Source: a virus
Reading direction: 5' to 3' (one strand)
IMG/VR virus record: IMGVR_UViG_3300050343_000117
Location: 1 to 64,000 of that record
DNA: 64,000 nucleotides
Both the position numbers and the translations under genes were made by a program. Below the pieces are notes generated by a model. That model saw nothing but the letters and a program-made list of their open reading frames with translations, was not told the origin of the DNA and did no database searches. Positions 50,256-60,095 of the stretch are shown piece after piece (the first letter of the stretch is position 1; every line of letters starts with the position of its first letter).

Positions 50256-50534
50256 TTATTCAACTTCTGACTCAGATTCATAAGAATCATCTGCATCTAG
50301 GACAGCTTCGATCTCTGAATCATCGACATCCAGTTCTTCAGGTTCAACACCATTGAAGATTTGATCTGCAACAGCAACCTTCTCAGCATTAAGAGATTGT
50401 TGAACTTTATCGCCTAGGATATCGTTGAATAGACTTTCTGCGTTACTGAAACTTCCCGTCTGTAATGCATTGACAAAATCCAATGCTGGGTTCACTTCAA
50501 CTTCTTGTTCTATTGTTTGCTCTACTTCACTCAT
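50256..50534 (-). CDS. Acidic prohead core protein (gp67-like)
   Basis: Acidic 92-aa ORF directly after the portal. Confidence 0.65.
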   Translation of the reverse strand: MSEVEQTIEQEVEVNPALDFVNALQTGSFSNAESLFNDILGDKVQQSLNAEKVAVADQIFNGVEPEELDVDDSEIEAVLDADDSYESESEVE

Positions 50535-50536
50535 TA

Positions 50537-52041
50537 TTAAAAGTCCTCTTCTGTATCATCACTATTGGCATTTTCGGATTCGACCTGTTTTGCCATATCT
50601 TCGATGTCCTCATCATTGAACATCATTACATTTTTCATTACCCACTCACGTGAGAAGTATTCACCGACATAACTAGAGATTTGATCCATAGTCTGTAGAC
50701 GTTCACGCAGTAGTTCCGCGTCTTTCATCTCAGTGAAATGGTTGTCCCTAGAGAAGTCAACCTGAATTTGGTTCTTCCAAGCTTCCCAGTCCTGTTCAGT
50801 GCATATTCCTTTTAACAACAAGTTGCTTCTTTAGAATACCGATGAATAAACTGGGCAAACTTTTTACGCAGACGGTCAATGAACTTTTGGAACTTGACTT
50901 CGTCACGGTTGATCTCTGTTGTACGACCCAAAGAGAACTGAGACTCTTGCTCTAAACGCGATAGAGGTACGTTCAATGAACGATACAACTTCTTTTGAAA
51001 ATAAATGATATCGTCAATCTGACCTAGGTTTTCTCCGCCTGGTAATGTGCTTATCTCTGTGCCACGACCACCTTCTCGACGTGGTAACCAGAAGTCTTCG
51101 AGCATTGACATGTGCTTACGGTCATCTTTGATTTCACCATTGTTCGCATCATAAACAATCTTGTTACGATATCGAGACATGATGTCTTTAATATGTTGTT
51201 CCGCCTTACCCTTTGGTAAGTTACCCACGTCAATATAGAATATACGACGTTCGGGTGCACGTGCGAGACGATAGATGACCAATGAGTCTTCCATCATACG
51301 CAACTGGTTTACGGGTTTCATTGCCTTCTGTAGATACGACAGTACACGTTTCTTACTGGTGTCTAGAAGACCTGAAGTGACATACGAAACAGAATCCGAA
51401 GTTAACTTGATGCCGTTATTCGCACCGGCACGTTCCTGATAGATGTAGAAATCGTTAGTTTTGTCTACGACCTTTGCACCTGTCTTCGCATCCTTTTTAT
51501 ATTGCACCTCTTTTACTTTACGAATCTTAGTTGCATCAACAGGGCGTACCTCTTGAATACCTGCTTTTAGATTCGTGTCATTCACTACTAGGTGATGATA
51601 GATTCGTCCGTCGACATACCATGAACGGAACATATCGTGACCATACTCTTCGAAGTTCAACATGGAGACAACTCCATCGAACTCTTCTGTGATAGTCTTT
51701 TTGATTTTGTCTGAGTAGTATCAACCTTGTCTAGATTGATAGTGACGGAGCTTTCTAGTTCGGACGAAACGATTGCTTCGTTGATGATATCTTCGATTGC
51801 AGCATCACACTCTGGGTGTTCTGCCATACTGACGATATTTCTTGATTAATTCTTGGTTGTCCTTCGCAGCAGTGCCTTCCATGTCGACATACTGACCGAA
51901 GTACGAACCTGAGGCAGTGACGTATCCAGCGCCGTCCTCATCCACCTTCGGGACGATGGAAGGAGCTTTCTCGTTTTCTTGATTTAGTTTCTGAACCTTT
52001 TTTAGCTCAAACCCAAATGCTTGGAATACATTGTCTGCCAT
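50537..52041 (-). CDS. 20: Portal protein gp20 (frameshifted)
   Basis: WYVDGR, EDSLVIYRLARAPERRIFYIDVGNLP, EDFWLPRREGGRGTEI. Confidence 0.95.
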
Positions 52042-52103
52042 ATTAACCTCTTATAATAAATTGGGGGTGGAGAACCACCCCCGTCATATTACTTATAATA
52101 CCT

Positions 52104-52636
52104 TTAACTAGTGGTATTTGACTCCCAGTACTGAATTTGAGAATGCTACTTCGAACTCTTCGACAGCATCGTTAGTCTCGTATGACTTAGCTCAATCGAT
52201 GACCAACACTGTTAGGAAAACAACCACGGAACTTGTATGTCTTTAGTACACTGAACCATCCTTATCTAGTTGTTCTACAACTAGGTCCGCTTGATATCCG
52301 ACTGGATTAGTAATCCCCGAATTCGCACTATGACCGTTGATTCCGTTCATCCATCGTTCCATTGCGTCACGTACTTCAAAATCGGTATCGTTCAATATGT
52401 TACTGTCCATCGGTTCGAAAGTACGATCACCTGCGATCTTTAGAACTGACGACCACGGAAAGGTACATCAATTACCGCCATGTTGATGCTGGTAATTGTG
52501 CAGCTTTACACATGAAAGATGTTAGTTCAACATCACCACCGGCGTACGCTGGGAAGTTTACGGTTGCGCGGAATAAGTTAGCACGCGCACCACCACCTTT
52601 TAGTTTTGCTTTGAAATCATCTACTCTTAATGACAT
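52104..52636 (-). CDS. 19: Tail tube protein gp19 (multiple frameshifts; absent from the ORF track)
   Basis: Manual reading MSLRVDDFKAKLKGGGARANLF..., PFRGR.LKIAGDRTFE, QYWESNTTS; synteny. Confidence 0.85.
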
Positions 52637-52648
52637 GATTATTTCCCC

Positions 52649-54211
52649 TTATACTGTGCCAACGACTTCTTCAAACTCAACACCAGTTCGAACAGCTACG
52701 AAGTTTAGAGTTACGTAGTTGATTGAACGTGCTGGTTTGATGAAGCAAGATGCAATAAATTCGTTGCGGTCAACAACTTCTGGAGTATTGTTTGTATCAT
52801 CACAAACAACACGGAAGTCAGTGATACCACGACGACCCTGAATTTCACGTAGGAATGGTTCTACGATGTTGACGAACTCTGCACGAGTAAACTCATCGTT
52901 GAATTCAAACATTACGTTTCTCCAGCGCGACTAATCGCTCGTTCGATGACTAGGAATAGTCGACGAACGTTGATTCGATCGAATGCAGATGGACGTGAAT
53001 AGGTGAGTCTTGTCACCATACAGCATAATGCCCTGGCCAGGCATGCTGACGATTGGGTTGATACGCCCGACTTGTACATAACATCACGTTCTGTTTTGCT
53101 TGGGTTAACTAGTACCTCTGTGACACCTACGTATTGACCGCGGCGTGAACCTGCTGGTGAGAACCAAGGAGCAGAGACTGCATCTGTTGCAGCCATAACA
53201 CCCGCTGTTGAAGATGCTGCTGGAATCCATTCATACTTATCTTCGTATTTGTTGTAAACTTTGATGTGGTTACCATCAACAATTAGATAAGAAGAATTTT
53301 CTGACAAAGCAGAAACATAACTTCCAATACCGGCCGAAATACTGTCATTTAAAAGATCTTGATATTTCACGGATGCTACCGCAACACAATCTTTTCGTTG
53401 CACTGCAATCGAGTTTAAGTATTTGTGGATACTTGGAGCATTGAACTGTGCACCAGCTGGAGCAATTAGGAAATCGATTTGAATGTTTTCTTTGTTTGCG
53501 AATGCGTCATATCCCGTAGTGTACTCACCTTGTGAGAGTTGTCCGTTGCTATCACCACCTGCCAATTGGTATTCACCTAAAATAGGTGCTGAGTCTATAT
53601 TACCCGCTCCGTCGTCGAAGTCTACTGTTGCAACAGTAACCCAAGATGATTGTGAATTGATAACGTCAAGTACAAAGTTGTTAGAACCGTTTTCTAGTCT
53701 AGCACCCTGTTCAACAGATAAAAATTCAAACTGTTCTAGAACCGTGTGTGGAGTAGTTGAACTGTCAACAACAATGACGTGAATCTCGTTTTTAGAATCG
53801 TCTGGAGCTGATGAGAATTGCGATTCGTAATCCCATCCTGAAAATTCCGCTCCACCAGCAACAGAGACAAGAATGTTATCTCCAAGTTTGCCTGGATTTC
53901 TTTGCGGTAAATAGACCGAACGAAGCATATGCTTGATCATCACTTCCGGCACGAACAACGTACAGAGAAGAAGAATATTTTAGGAAATACGAAGCGGAGA
54001 GAAAATCTCCGGAGTACGCATCACCCATGTCTGGAGTGCCAAAGACAGCAGCCAGTTCAGATTCGTTACCGACTAGAACAGGTGTGTTTACTGGTCCCCA
54101 ATTAAAGTCACCTACAATAGCGCCAGTTGTAGAAGTGACCGAAGGTACTGTGCCTGTTAGGTCAATTTCTTTTATCTGAACTGCTGGTGACTCGGAGAAT
54201 TTAAGAGTCAT
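52649..54211 (-). CDS. 18: Tail sheath protein gp18 (frameshifted)
   Basis: SPAVQIKEIDLT, WGPV, WFSPAG.RRG, FDRINVRRLF, FEFNDEFTR, IKPARSINY. Confidence 0.93.
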
Positions 54212-54275
54212 AATAGTGTCCTTTTAGTTAAGGTATAATAAGTTAAACATAATACGGAAAATAAATCAATGTATC

Positions 54276-54283
54276 TATTTATA
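54276..54283 (-). promoter_or_regulatory. Late promoter of gp18
   Basis: TATAAATA. Confidence 0.75.
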
Positions 54284-54295
54284 CTTTCCGGAAGT

Positions 54296-55903
54296 TTACC
54301 ATTCATTAGGGTTATAGTCAGTCCAATCCATGCTATATGGGTCGGACAAGTCTGAAAGAGGAACATAATCACTACCATCATCGATTATTCCGAACGGTGG
54401 TATATCATCCTCAATTTCTTTCATACGTTGATCAAATAACATCTGTTTGATATCCACGTCAGCAACATTACCAAATGATTGCGTCCCAACAAAGTATCCA
54501 AACATTACTAGATTCATCATTAAGTCATCATGATTACCATCACTGGCCTCAAATGATGTTCCTCTGGATACAAACGTAGATATCTCCATGATAGTATTCT
54601 CATCAACAATATCTAGTTTGTGGCCTTCGATAATATCCTTAATTGAAGAGCATCCTATTCTCTTTACCTTCCTGTCCATACGGATACCGATAGCATCTGC
54701 TTTGACCGCAGACTCTAGGTGAATATTCTCATATTCTAGATCCTGATAAAGACCTACGCACACTACCATACCTTGGTCATTATTCTCTACGACGACATAC
54801 GCCTCATTGTATATTGTTGCATACTTGTATATAATGTTAGGATATAGTATAGGTGATATTCTATTGTTACGATATACACAAACCTGTCTGAAAGGTTGTA
54901 CCGATACATCAATTATATTAAATGTAGAATAATCCTGACCCCGCCCTTGACAAACATCGACAGTCATGATATACTGGTGTTCTTCAATAGGTTCTTGATA
55001 CACTAAAAGATCTCCACCTTCATATCGATGGATAGGTTCTCTGGCACGTAAGTCAAGCAACACTTGACCCTCAATAAGAGTATTACCAGTACCAAAGAAA
55101 GTATTACCAAACTCTTGGTCAAACTGCAACTGGGAAGTGTTAGCAATAGTCTGTGCTTTCCACTTATCATCTCGGCCAGGAACATCCCACCAGTCAACAC
55201 GGAATGGTTTGTATTCATTGACCTTCTGTACCGCACCTTCCCATAGTTTCTGATACGTGTTACCTATACCGTTCGCAGTACTTGTTATGATAACTTTTGT
55301 ATCTTTACCAGATGAGATTACTGGATACGTAGATGTGTAGAACTCTGCGGCATTCTCTACAAACGCAAACTCATCTAGGAATAGAAGGTTGACCGACATA
55401 CCACGAATGGATGACCCAGAAGTTGCCGCAGCAATGATGCGAGAGTTGTTAGAGAACTCGATAGAACCTTTGTTCAGTGCTTTACACCCAGGCTGCAAGA
55501 AGAACGGAAGATTCTCTAACATGAGTGTTACACGAGATAACATCTCACGTGCGGTGGCACCTTTGTTTGCAAGGATTGCGATGGTCTTTTCAGGATGGAA
55601 TAGTGTATACCATAGAAGGTATCCTACAGAGGAAATTGATTTGCCTGACTGTCGACATGCTAGAACAATAGAGAATCGATTATCATTGAAGTGGTCAAAC
55701 ATCTTCTCCTGATAATCGTACAGTTTGAATGGCACTAGACCTTTATCTAGGTGCACGACCTTAACGTACTTCTTACAGAAATACGAAGGGTTCTCCATAC
55801 ATTTTTTATATTCGCGGAGTTTCTTTTTGTCCCACTCCTCTGCAACACCATCTCGTTTGACTTGTGGGTTACCTAGATAGGAATTCTTAGTATAGGATGT
55901 CAT
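54296..55903 (-). CDS. 17: Terminase large subunit gp17
   Basis: YLGNP, RQSGKS, LFLDEFAF, STANG, DDLMM. Confidence 0.96.
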   Translation of the reverse strand: MTSYTKNSYLGNPQVKRDGVAEEWDKKKLREYKKCMENPSYFCKKYVKVVHLDKGLVPFKLYDYQEKMFDHFNDNRFSIVLACRQSGKSISSVGYLLWYTLFHPEKTIAILANKGATAREMLSRVTLMLENLPFFLQPGCKALNKGSIEFSNNSRIIAAATSGSSIRGMSVNLLFLDEFAFVENAAEFYTSTYPVISSGKDTKVIITSTANGIGNTYQKLWEGAVQKVNEYKPFRVDWWDVPGRDDKWKAQTIANTSQLQFDQEFGNTFFGTGNTLIEGQVLLDLRAREPIHRYEGGDLLVYQEPIEEHQYIMTVDVCQGRGQDYSTFNIIDVSVQPFRQVCVYRNNRISPILYPNIIYKYATIYNEAYVVVENNDQGMVVCVGLYQDLEYENIHLESAVKADAIGIRMDRKVKRIGCSSIKDIIEGHKLDIVDENTIMEISTFVSRGTSFEASDGNHDDLMMNLVMFGYFVGTQSFGNVADVDIKQMLFDQRMKEIEDDIPPFGIIDDGSDYVPLSDLSDPYSMDWTDYNPNEW

Positions 55904-56283
55904 TCATCTGAGTCTTGATCAATTACTTTCTCATCTCCCAACAGCATACGCTGAAGGTCTGTAGTGGAACCGACGAATAGATTATTATTAGTAGTAGTAG
56001 AATCGGCAGGTTTGTCTTCTTTGGTGAGTTCTTTCTGCTTTTTGTTGAGGTCCATCAACTTGTCATTGACATCTGCGATGCCTTTGATCATACCAGATAG
56101 AACCTCAAACGCACGAGGATGTTCACTCTCACGTGCGACTTCTATCATGAGTTCTAGAGACTCACGACCTTTTTCAATTAGGTCATAATAAGTATCACGA
56201 GAGTACTCATAGTCTTGTTCGTGGACGAAGTTCTTTTTCTGTTCTTCGTCAAATACAGCTGGCGGTTTACTGTTGTCTCTCAT
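55900..56283 (-). CDS. 16: Terminase small subunit gp16
   Basis: DYEYSR, EHPRAFEV, NNNLFVGSTTDLQ. Confidence 0.92.
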   Translation of the reverse strand: MRDNSKPPAVFDEEQKKNFVHEQDYEYSRDTYYDLIEKGRESLELMIEVARESEHPRAFEVLSGMIKGIADVNDKLMDLNKKQKELTKEDKPADSTTTNNNLFVGSTTDLQRMLLGDEKVIDQDSDE

Positions 56284-56299
56284 AATATATATCTATGTC

Positions 56300-58336
56300 T
56301 TATATAAAGTTAGGCTTCGGTAACGTCCAACTCGACGCACCGTTATCAAACTGATCATATGAAGTCACACTAGACACGTCCCATCCACTCAAATCTTGGT
56401 TGAATGATGTTGCGTTCTCGAACATCTCACCCATATCTGTTACACTAGATGTGTCCCAGTTGGCGATGTCTGCGCTTCCGTTATTGCTGAACGAAGGACA
56501 GTCTTGGAACATTTCGTTCATAGTGTCCACGTTAGATACGTTCCAAGCACCGATGTTGATGTCAAAGTCTTCGTTCTCTTCAAACATCTCTGACATATCT
56601 TTGACATTAGAAACATCCCATCCACCGATATCTGCACCGAAAGGAGCTGGAACACCAGTCCACACAGAACCAGCAACGGCAAACATTCCTGACATATTGA
56701 CAGCACTTCCTGTGTTCCAACTAGAAATATCTGAGTTTGTTACTGTGGCATTGAAATAAGTATTTTTGAACGTGTCGTAGAAACTAATCACATTAGACAC
56801 ATCCCAACTACCGACACCTTGACCCGTAAATTCAGATGCATCAAACATATCTGCCATTGTTCTTGCGTTAGAAGTGTCCCATCCGCTTAGGTCTTGATCG
56901 AATGAAGATTCGGTGAAGGTTTGATCAAATCTGAATACAGCTGAGGTGTCCCAACTACCAATAGGTTGGTTGAAGACGTCATTGGCATAAAACATTGACT
57001 GTAAAATTACACCGTGGACACCAGCGCTGCTCAGTGGGTAACCACCTGTCGGAGCGTAATCGTCCCAATCATGCATGTAATCAAAGTCTGAGTAAGTGTT
57101 TTGATTGATTGTGACACCAGAGTCCGTCCAGTAAGACGCAACTACGTCAGTGATAGGTGTGGTTTTATCTGCACAAATAGTCCATCCACTAATGTCCTGA
57201 TTGAATACTGCTTCACGGAACATAGATGTGAAGTCTCTATTTTTAGAAACTTCCCACCCAGTAATATCACTCGTGTTAGATGCAAAGTTTGACTCTCTAA
57301 GCATCTCTCTTGCGGTTACGACTTCGGACATATCTAAATTGGTGATATTCGCACTACCCAAAGTAGATGACTGCGAAGACTCATCGAAGAACATCCAGTC
57401 GGTATGCATCAATGGCTCATCTGAAGTGAAACCTACGTTTGGAGTCCAAGTGTATCCCGGCGGAGCGTAATGAGTCCTCCAATCGATGGATGTCGGGTCG
57501 TTTGTTACACCTTCGATACTATATGAGTATACTGTTGGTGGTTCTGGTATATACCTAGGACCATCCGGTGAAAAACTTGTTACTTGTGTATTAAACCCAT
57601 AGTCTCCGTCTGGACTAACATCTATAGGATCTGGGGTTGTATTTACAATAGATCCCGCAGTATCTTCTGGATCATCTATAAGATTCAGGTTCGTGTTCAC
57701 CTCACGGATAATAGGTCCTGTGTTCTCTGGCCCATAGAAGTTGACTTTCATTTCAAACGTCAATGTGTATACGATCGTCCGTCTTTGCTCAATCGCACCT
57801 TCATAATCATCAGCAAAGTCTAGTCCTGATAATATGACAGGGACATCTTCCTTTATGTCTGGTTCATCAGCAAAAGGTTTTACGGTCAACGTGTATTGTG
57901 GTGCGAAGTATGGTATAATTTGCTCTACGACTTGTAGTGCATCATCCTGAGATTTGGCATATACTGATAGAGAGAATCCTACGGTGTAAGGAACTCCGAC
58001 ATAGATCTTTCTCTTAGATCCGGTCTCAGTAGATATAACAGATCCAAATCCATTAACTTTAGGCAACTGTCGTGTTGCATCATATGCGATAGAAGAAATT
58101 TCGAAAGACATACGAGGAAGCTTTACAGCAACTCTTCTTTCTGCACTTTCTCCGTTCTCCATTTCAGATAGACGTTCTAAGAATGACCTTTTAGGAGCAT
58201 AGGATAATGGTACTTTAACCTGTGACAATACTTTACCGTTCGAGTCTGTTCTCAAAACATGTATGTCATCGAACATTGAACCGAATACGGCAACGCATGT
58301 ACGAACGCGTTTGTGGTAGAAGTGTCCTCCCATCAT
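56300..58336 (-). CDS. 15: Tail terminator gp15 fused to DUF285/BspA-like surface repeats
   Basis: N-terminal KVPLSYAPK, LPRMSFE, QVVEQIIPYF; C-terminal FNQDxSGWDxSxVxxMxxMF repeats. Confidence 0.85.
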   Translation of the reverse strand: MMGGHFYHKRVRTCVAVFGSMFDDIHVLRTDSNGKVLSQVKVPLSYAPKRSFLERLSEMENGESAERRVAVKLPRMSFEISSIAYDATRQLPKVNGFGSVISTETGSKRKIYVGVPYTVGFSLSVYAKSQDDALQVVEQIIPYFAPQYTLTVKPFADEPDIKEDVPVILSGLDFADDYEGAIEQRRTIVYTLTFEMKVNFYGPENTGPIIREVNTNLNLIDDPEDTAGSIVNTTPDPIDVSPDGDYGFNTQVTSFSPDGPRYIPEPPTVYSYSIEGVTNDPTSIDWRTHYAPPGYTWTPNVGFTSDEPLMHTDWMFFDESSQSSTLGSANITNLDMSEVVTAREMLRESNFASNTSDITGWEVSKNRDFTSMFREAVFNQDISGWTICADKTTPITDVVASYWTDSGVTINQNTYSDFDYMHDWDDYAPTGGYPLSSAGVHGVILQSMFYANDVFNQPIGSWDTSAVFRFDQTFTESSFDQDLSGWDTSNARTMADMFDASEFTGQGVGSWDVSNVISFYDTFKNTYFNATVTNSDISSWNTGSAVNMSGMFAVAGSVWTGVPAPFGADIGGWDVSNVKDMSEMFEENEDFDINIGAWNVSNVDTMNEMFQDCPSFSNNGSADIANWDTSSVTDMGEMFENATSFNQDLSGWDVSSVTSYDQFDNGASSWTLPKPNFI

Positions 58337-59211
58337 TACGATATATCTCCAAATGGGTTGGTCTCAGTGAAATCGACAAAGTCATTTGCGAAGTCGTCAA
58401 ACACTTCATTCTGTGACAGTGGTTGAATTTCGTTTATACCTTCGTTTATGGTGACTAAATTAAATGAAGCATACATTCCGATAACTGGCATATCAGTTGT
58501 CCATAGATGGAATTTACCATCTGTAGCGCCAGTATGTGCTATAGTCAACAATCGAGTTTGACTGTTGAATGATGTGACCTCTCCTTCTATTCGATAATCA
58601 CCAAAGTCTTGATAAACCTTTTCGCCCGGATAGTAGTAGTTATCTTCACCTGTATTTTCCATAACCAATTCGTATTGGAATGCGTGTTCACGTTCAACAC
58701 GATCAATAGCATCGATACCAGTGTCAAAATCTTCATCCGAAAACTCGAACAACTCGCAAGTCATACGGAATTGTGGTAACTGGGATAATTGATAGAACGG
58801 TGATTCAGTCTCGACCTTCTTGACCTCAAATAGAGATTCAGACAATGGGAGATATATCACATCACCCTCTCTAGGGCGGAATTGCGCTTCTGATAGACGA
58901 TCACCAATGAGCTGTCTCCATCGACGACGTGCAATAACAAAGGTTGCTTGGTCTCTTAGTTCAATACCAAACTTGGTGAATAGGTCTCCGTCACCTTCAA
59001 ACGATTCACCGTTTTCGATGTAGACTTCGACTTTATATGCGTCAGAGAATTGAGACTCAATAGAATCTAGGAAGATCTCTTCTCTCTCAACAACTTCTCT
59101 CGGCAAGTAATATACGTCTTGACCATAGAATTGGATTGCTTCTATTAAAAGATCTTCGTAGAGGTTTTGTTCTTCTCTATGCTTTAAACTGATATATGGA
59201 TTAGTTGCCAT
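58336..59211 (-). CDS. 14: Neck protein gp14
   Basis: EAIQFYGQDVYYLPRE, KFGIE, RPREGDVIY, PFYQL, NPFG. Confidence 0.9.
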   Translation of the reverse strand: MATNPYISLKHREEQNLYEDLLIEAIQFYGQDVYYLPREVVEREEIFLDSIESQFSDAYKVEVYIENGESFEGDGDLFTKFGIELRDQATFVIARRRWRQLIGDRLSEAQFRPREGDVIYLPLSESLFEVKKVETESPFYQLSQLPQFRMTCELFEFSDEDFDTGIDAIDRVEREHAFQYELVMENTGEDNYYYPGEKVYQDFGDYRIEGEVTSFNSQTRLLTIAHTGATDGKFHLWTTDMPVIGMYASFNLVTINEGINEIQPLSQNEVFDDFANDFVDFTETNPFGDIS

Positions 59212-59214
59212 GTC

Positions 59215-59985
59215 TTACCCCATGAAGAACATCGGACCTTCGTCTTCTTCGTTACGGAATTTTTCCATCATTCGTTCGATGTCTGCTAGCGCATCTTCAT
59301 ATATTAGACGAGCATTAACGGTCACCCCGCCAGGCAATGCCATACCATCAAATTTAATTAGGTTGGTGCCCCATTGACGCTTGATCAATGCGGTTGCATA
59401 TTCTTTTAGGAATCGGTGATTCCATAGCGAGTTATATTCGTTTACTGTTTCGTCTGGATTACGAATACCATAAACCTCAAAGATAACATAGTCATCTACT
59501 TTAAGGTTCGTTTTGGAAACATGTAAATTAACACGATTATATTGTCTGTCAAATGTAATCTGAGGTGTACCACCTAGTTTCATATCTAATAGTGCTAGAT
59601 TTTGTTGCATCTGTTCATAGTGCGCAAGGTCACCTAGCATACCCCCTTGACGGGTAAAGTCAGAAATGGTATATGCCATCAACTGCCATGCATCACTGAA
59701 CCATCCGGTATGAGCATTTCCAAATGTCATAGGGATCATACGAACGATGGCGGAAAGATCTAGATCGTCACTAAAATCCACATACTGATTATCGACATCG
59801 GTCTGAGTCAATTGGTGCTTTAGATAGTATCGTTTAGATCCATCTGGATGATGTTCACGGAACCACTGCAACGCCTCATCAATTCGGTCGTCGAGTTGTT
59901 CTTCGTCAATGTTGACTTCAACTACCGGATGCCCTAAGGCACGCAGGCAGTAATCAATCAATTCTTCTCTACTTGTTGAATACAT
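59215..59985 (-). CDS. 13: Neck protein gp13
   Basis: LIDYCLRALGHPVVEVN, KEYATALIKRQWG.NL.KF.G..LPGGV. Confidence 0.92.
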   Translation of the reverse strand: MYSTSREELIDYCLRALGHPVVEVNIDEEQLDDRIDEALQWFREHHPDGSKRYYLKHQLTQTDVDNQYVDFSDDLDLSAIVRMIPMTFGNAHTGWFSDAWQLMAYTISDFTRQGGMLGDLAHYEQMQQNLALLDMKLGGTPQITFDRQYNRVNLHVSKTNLKVDDYVIFEVYGIRNPDETVNEYNSLWNHRFLKEYATALIKRQWGTNLIKFDGMALPGGVTVNARLIYEDALADIERMMEKFRNEEDEGPMFFMG

Positions 59986-60013
59986 TACTATAGTCCAGTA
60001 TTAGTTACCCTTC

Positions 60014-60033
60014 TATTTATACGTTTATTTATA
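60014..60033 (-). promoter_or_regulatory. Tandem late promoters of gp13
   Basis: Two TATAAATA boxes at 60014-60021 and 60026-60033. Confidence 0.75.
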
Positions 60034-60047
60034 CGTAAAATAAACAT

Positions 60048-60073
60048 AAAAAAAGGGGACCGAAGTCCCCTTT
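60048..60073 (-). terminator. Intrinsic terminator after the fibre gene
   Basis: GGGGAC-TTCG-GTCCCC followed by T7. Confidence 0.85.
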
Positions 60074-60095
60074 CATATCTTGGTCGAAACCTAGA

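Noticed and set aside
29499-54211. Apparent pseudogenes or programmed frameshifts in gp43, gp46, gp47, gp55, uvsW, gp20, gp19 and gp18
   Set aside because: Small indels are scattered through many essential genes whose motifs are otherwise intact; this pattern fits long-read consensus errors, not biology
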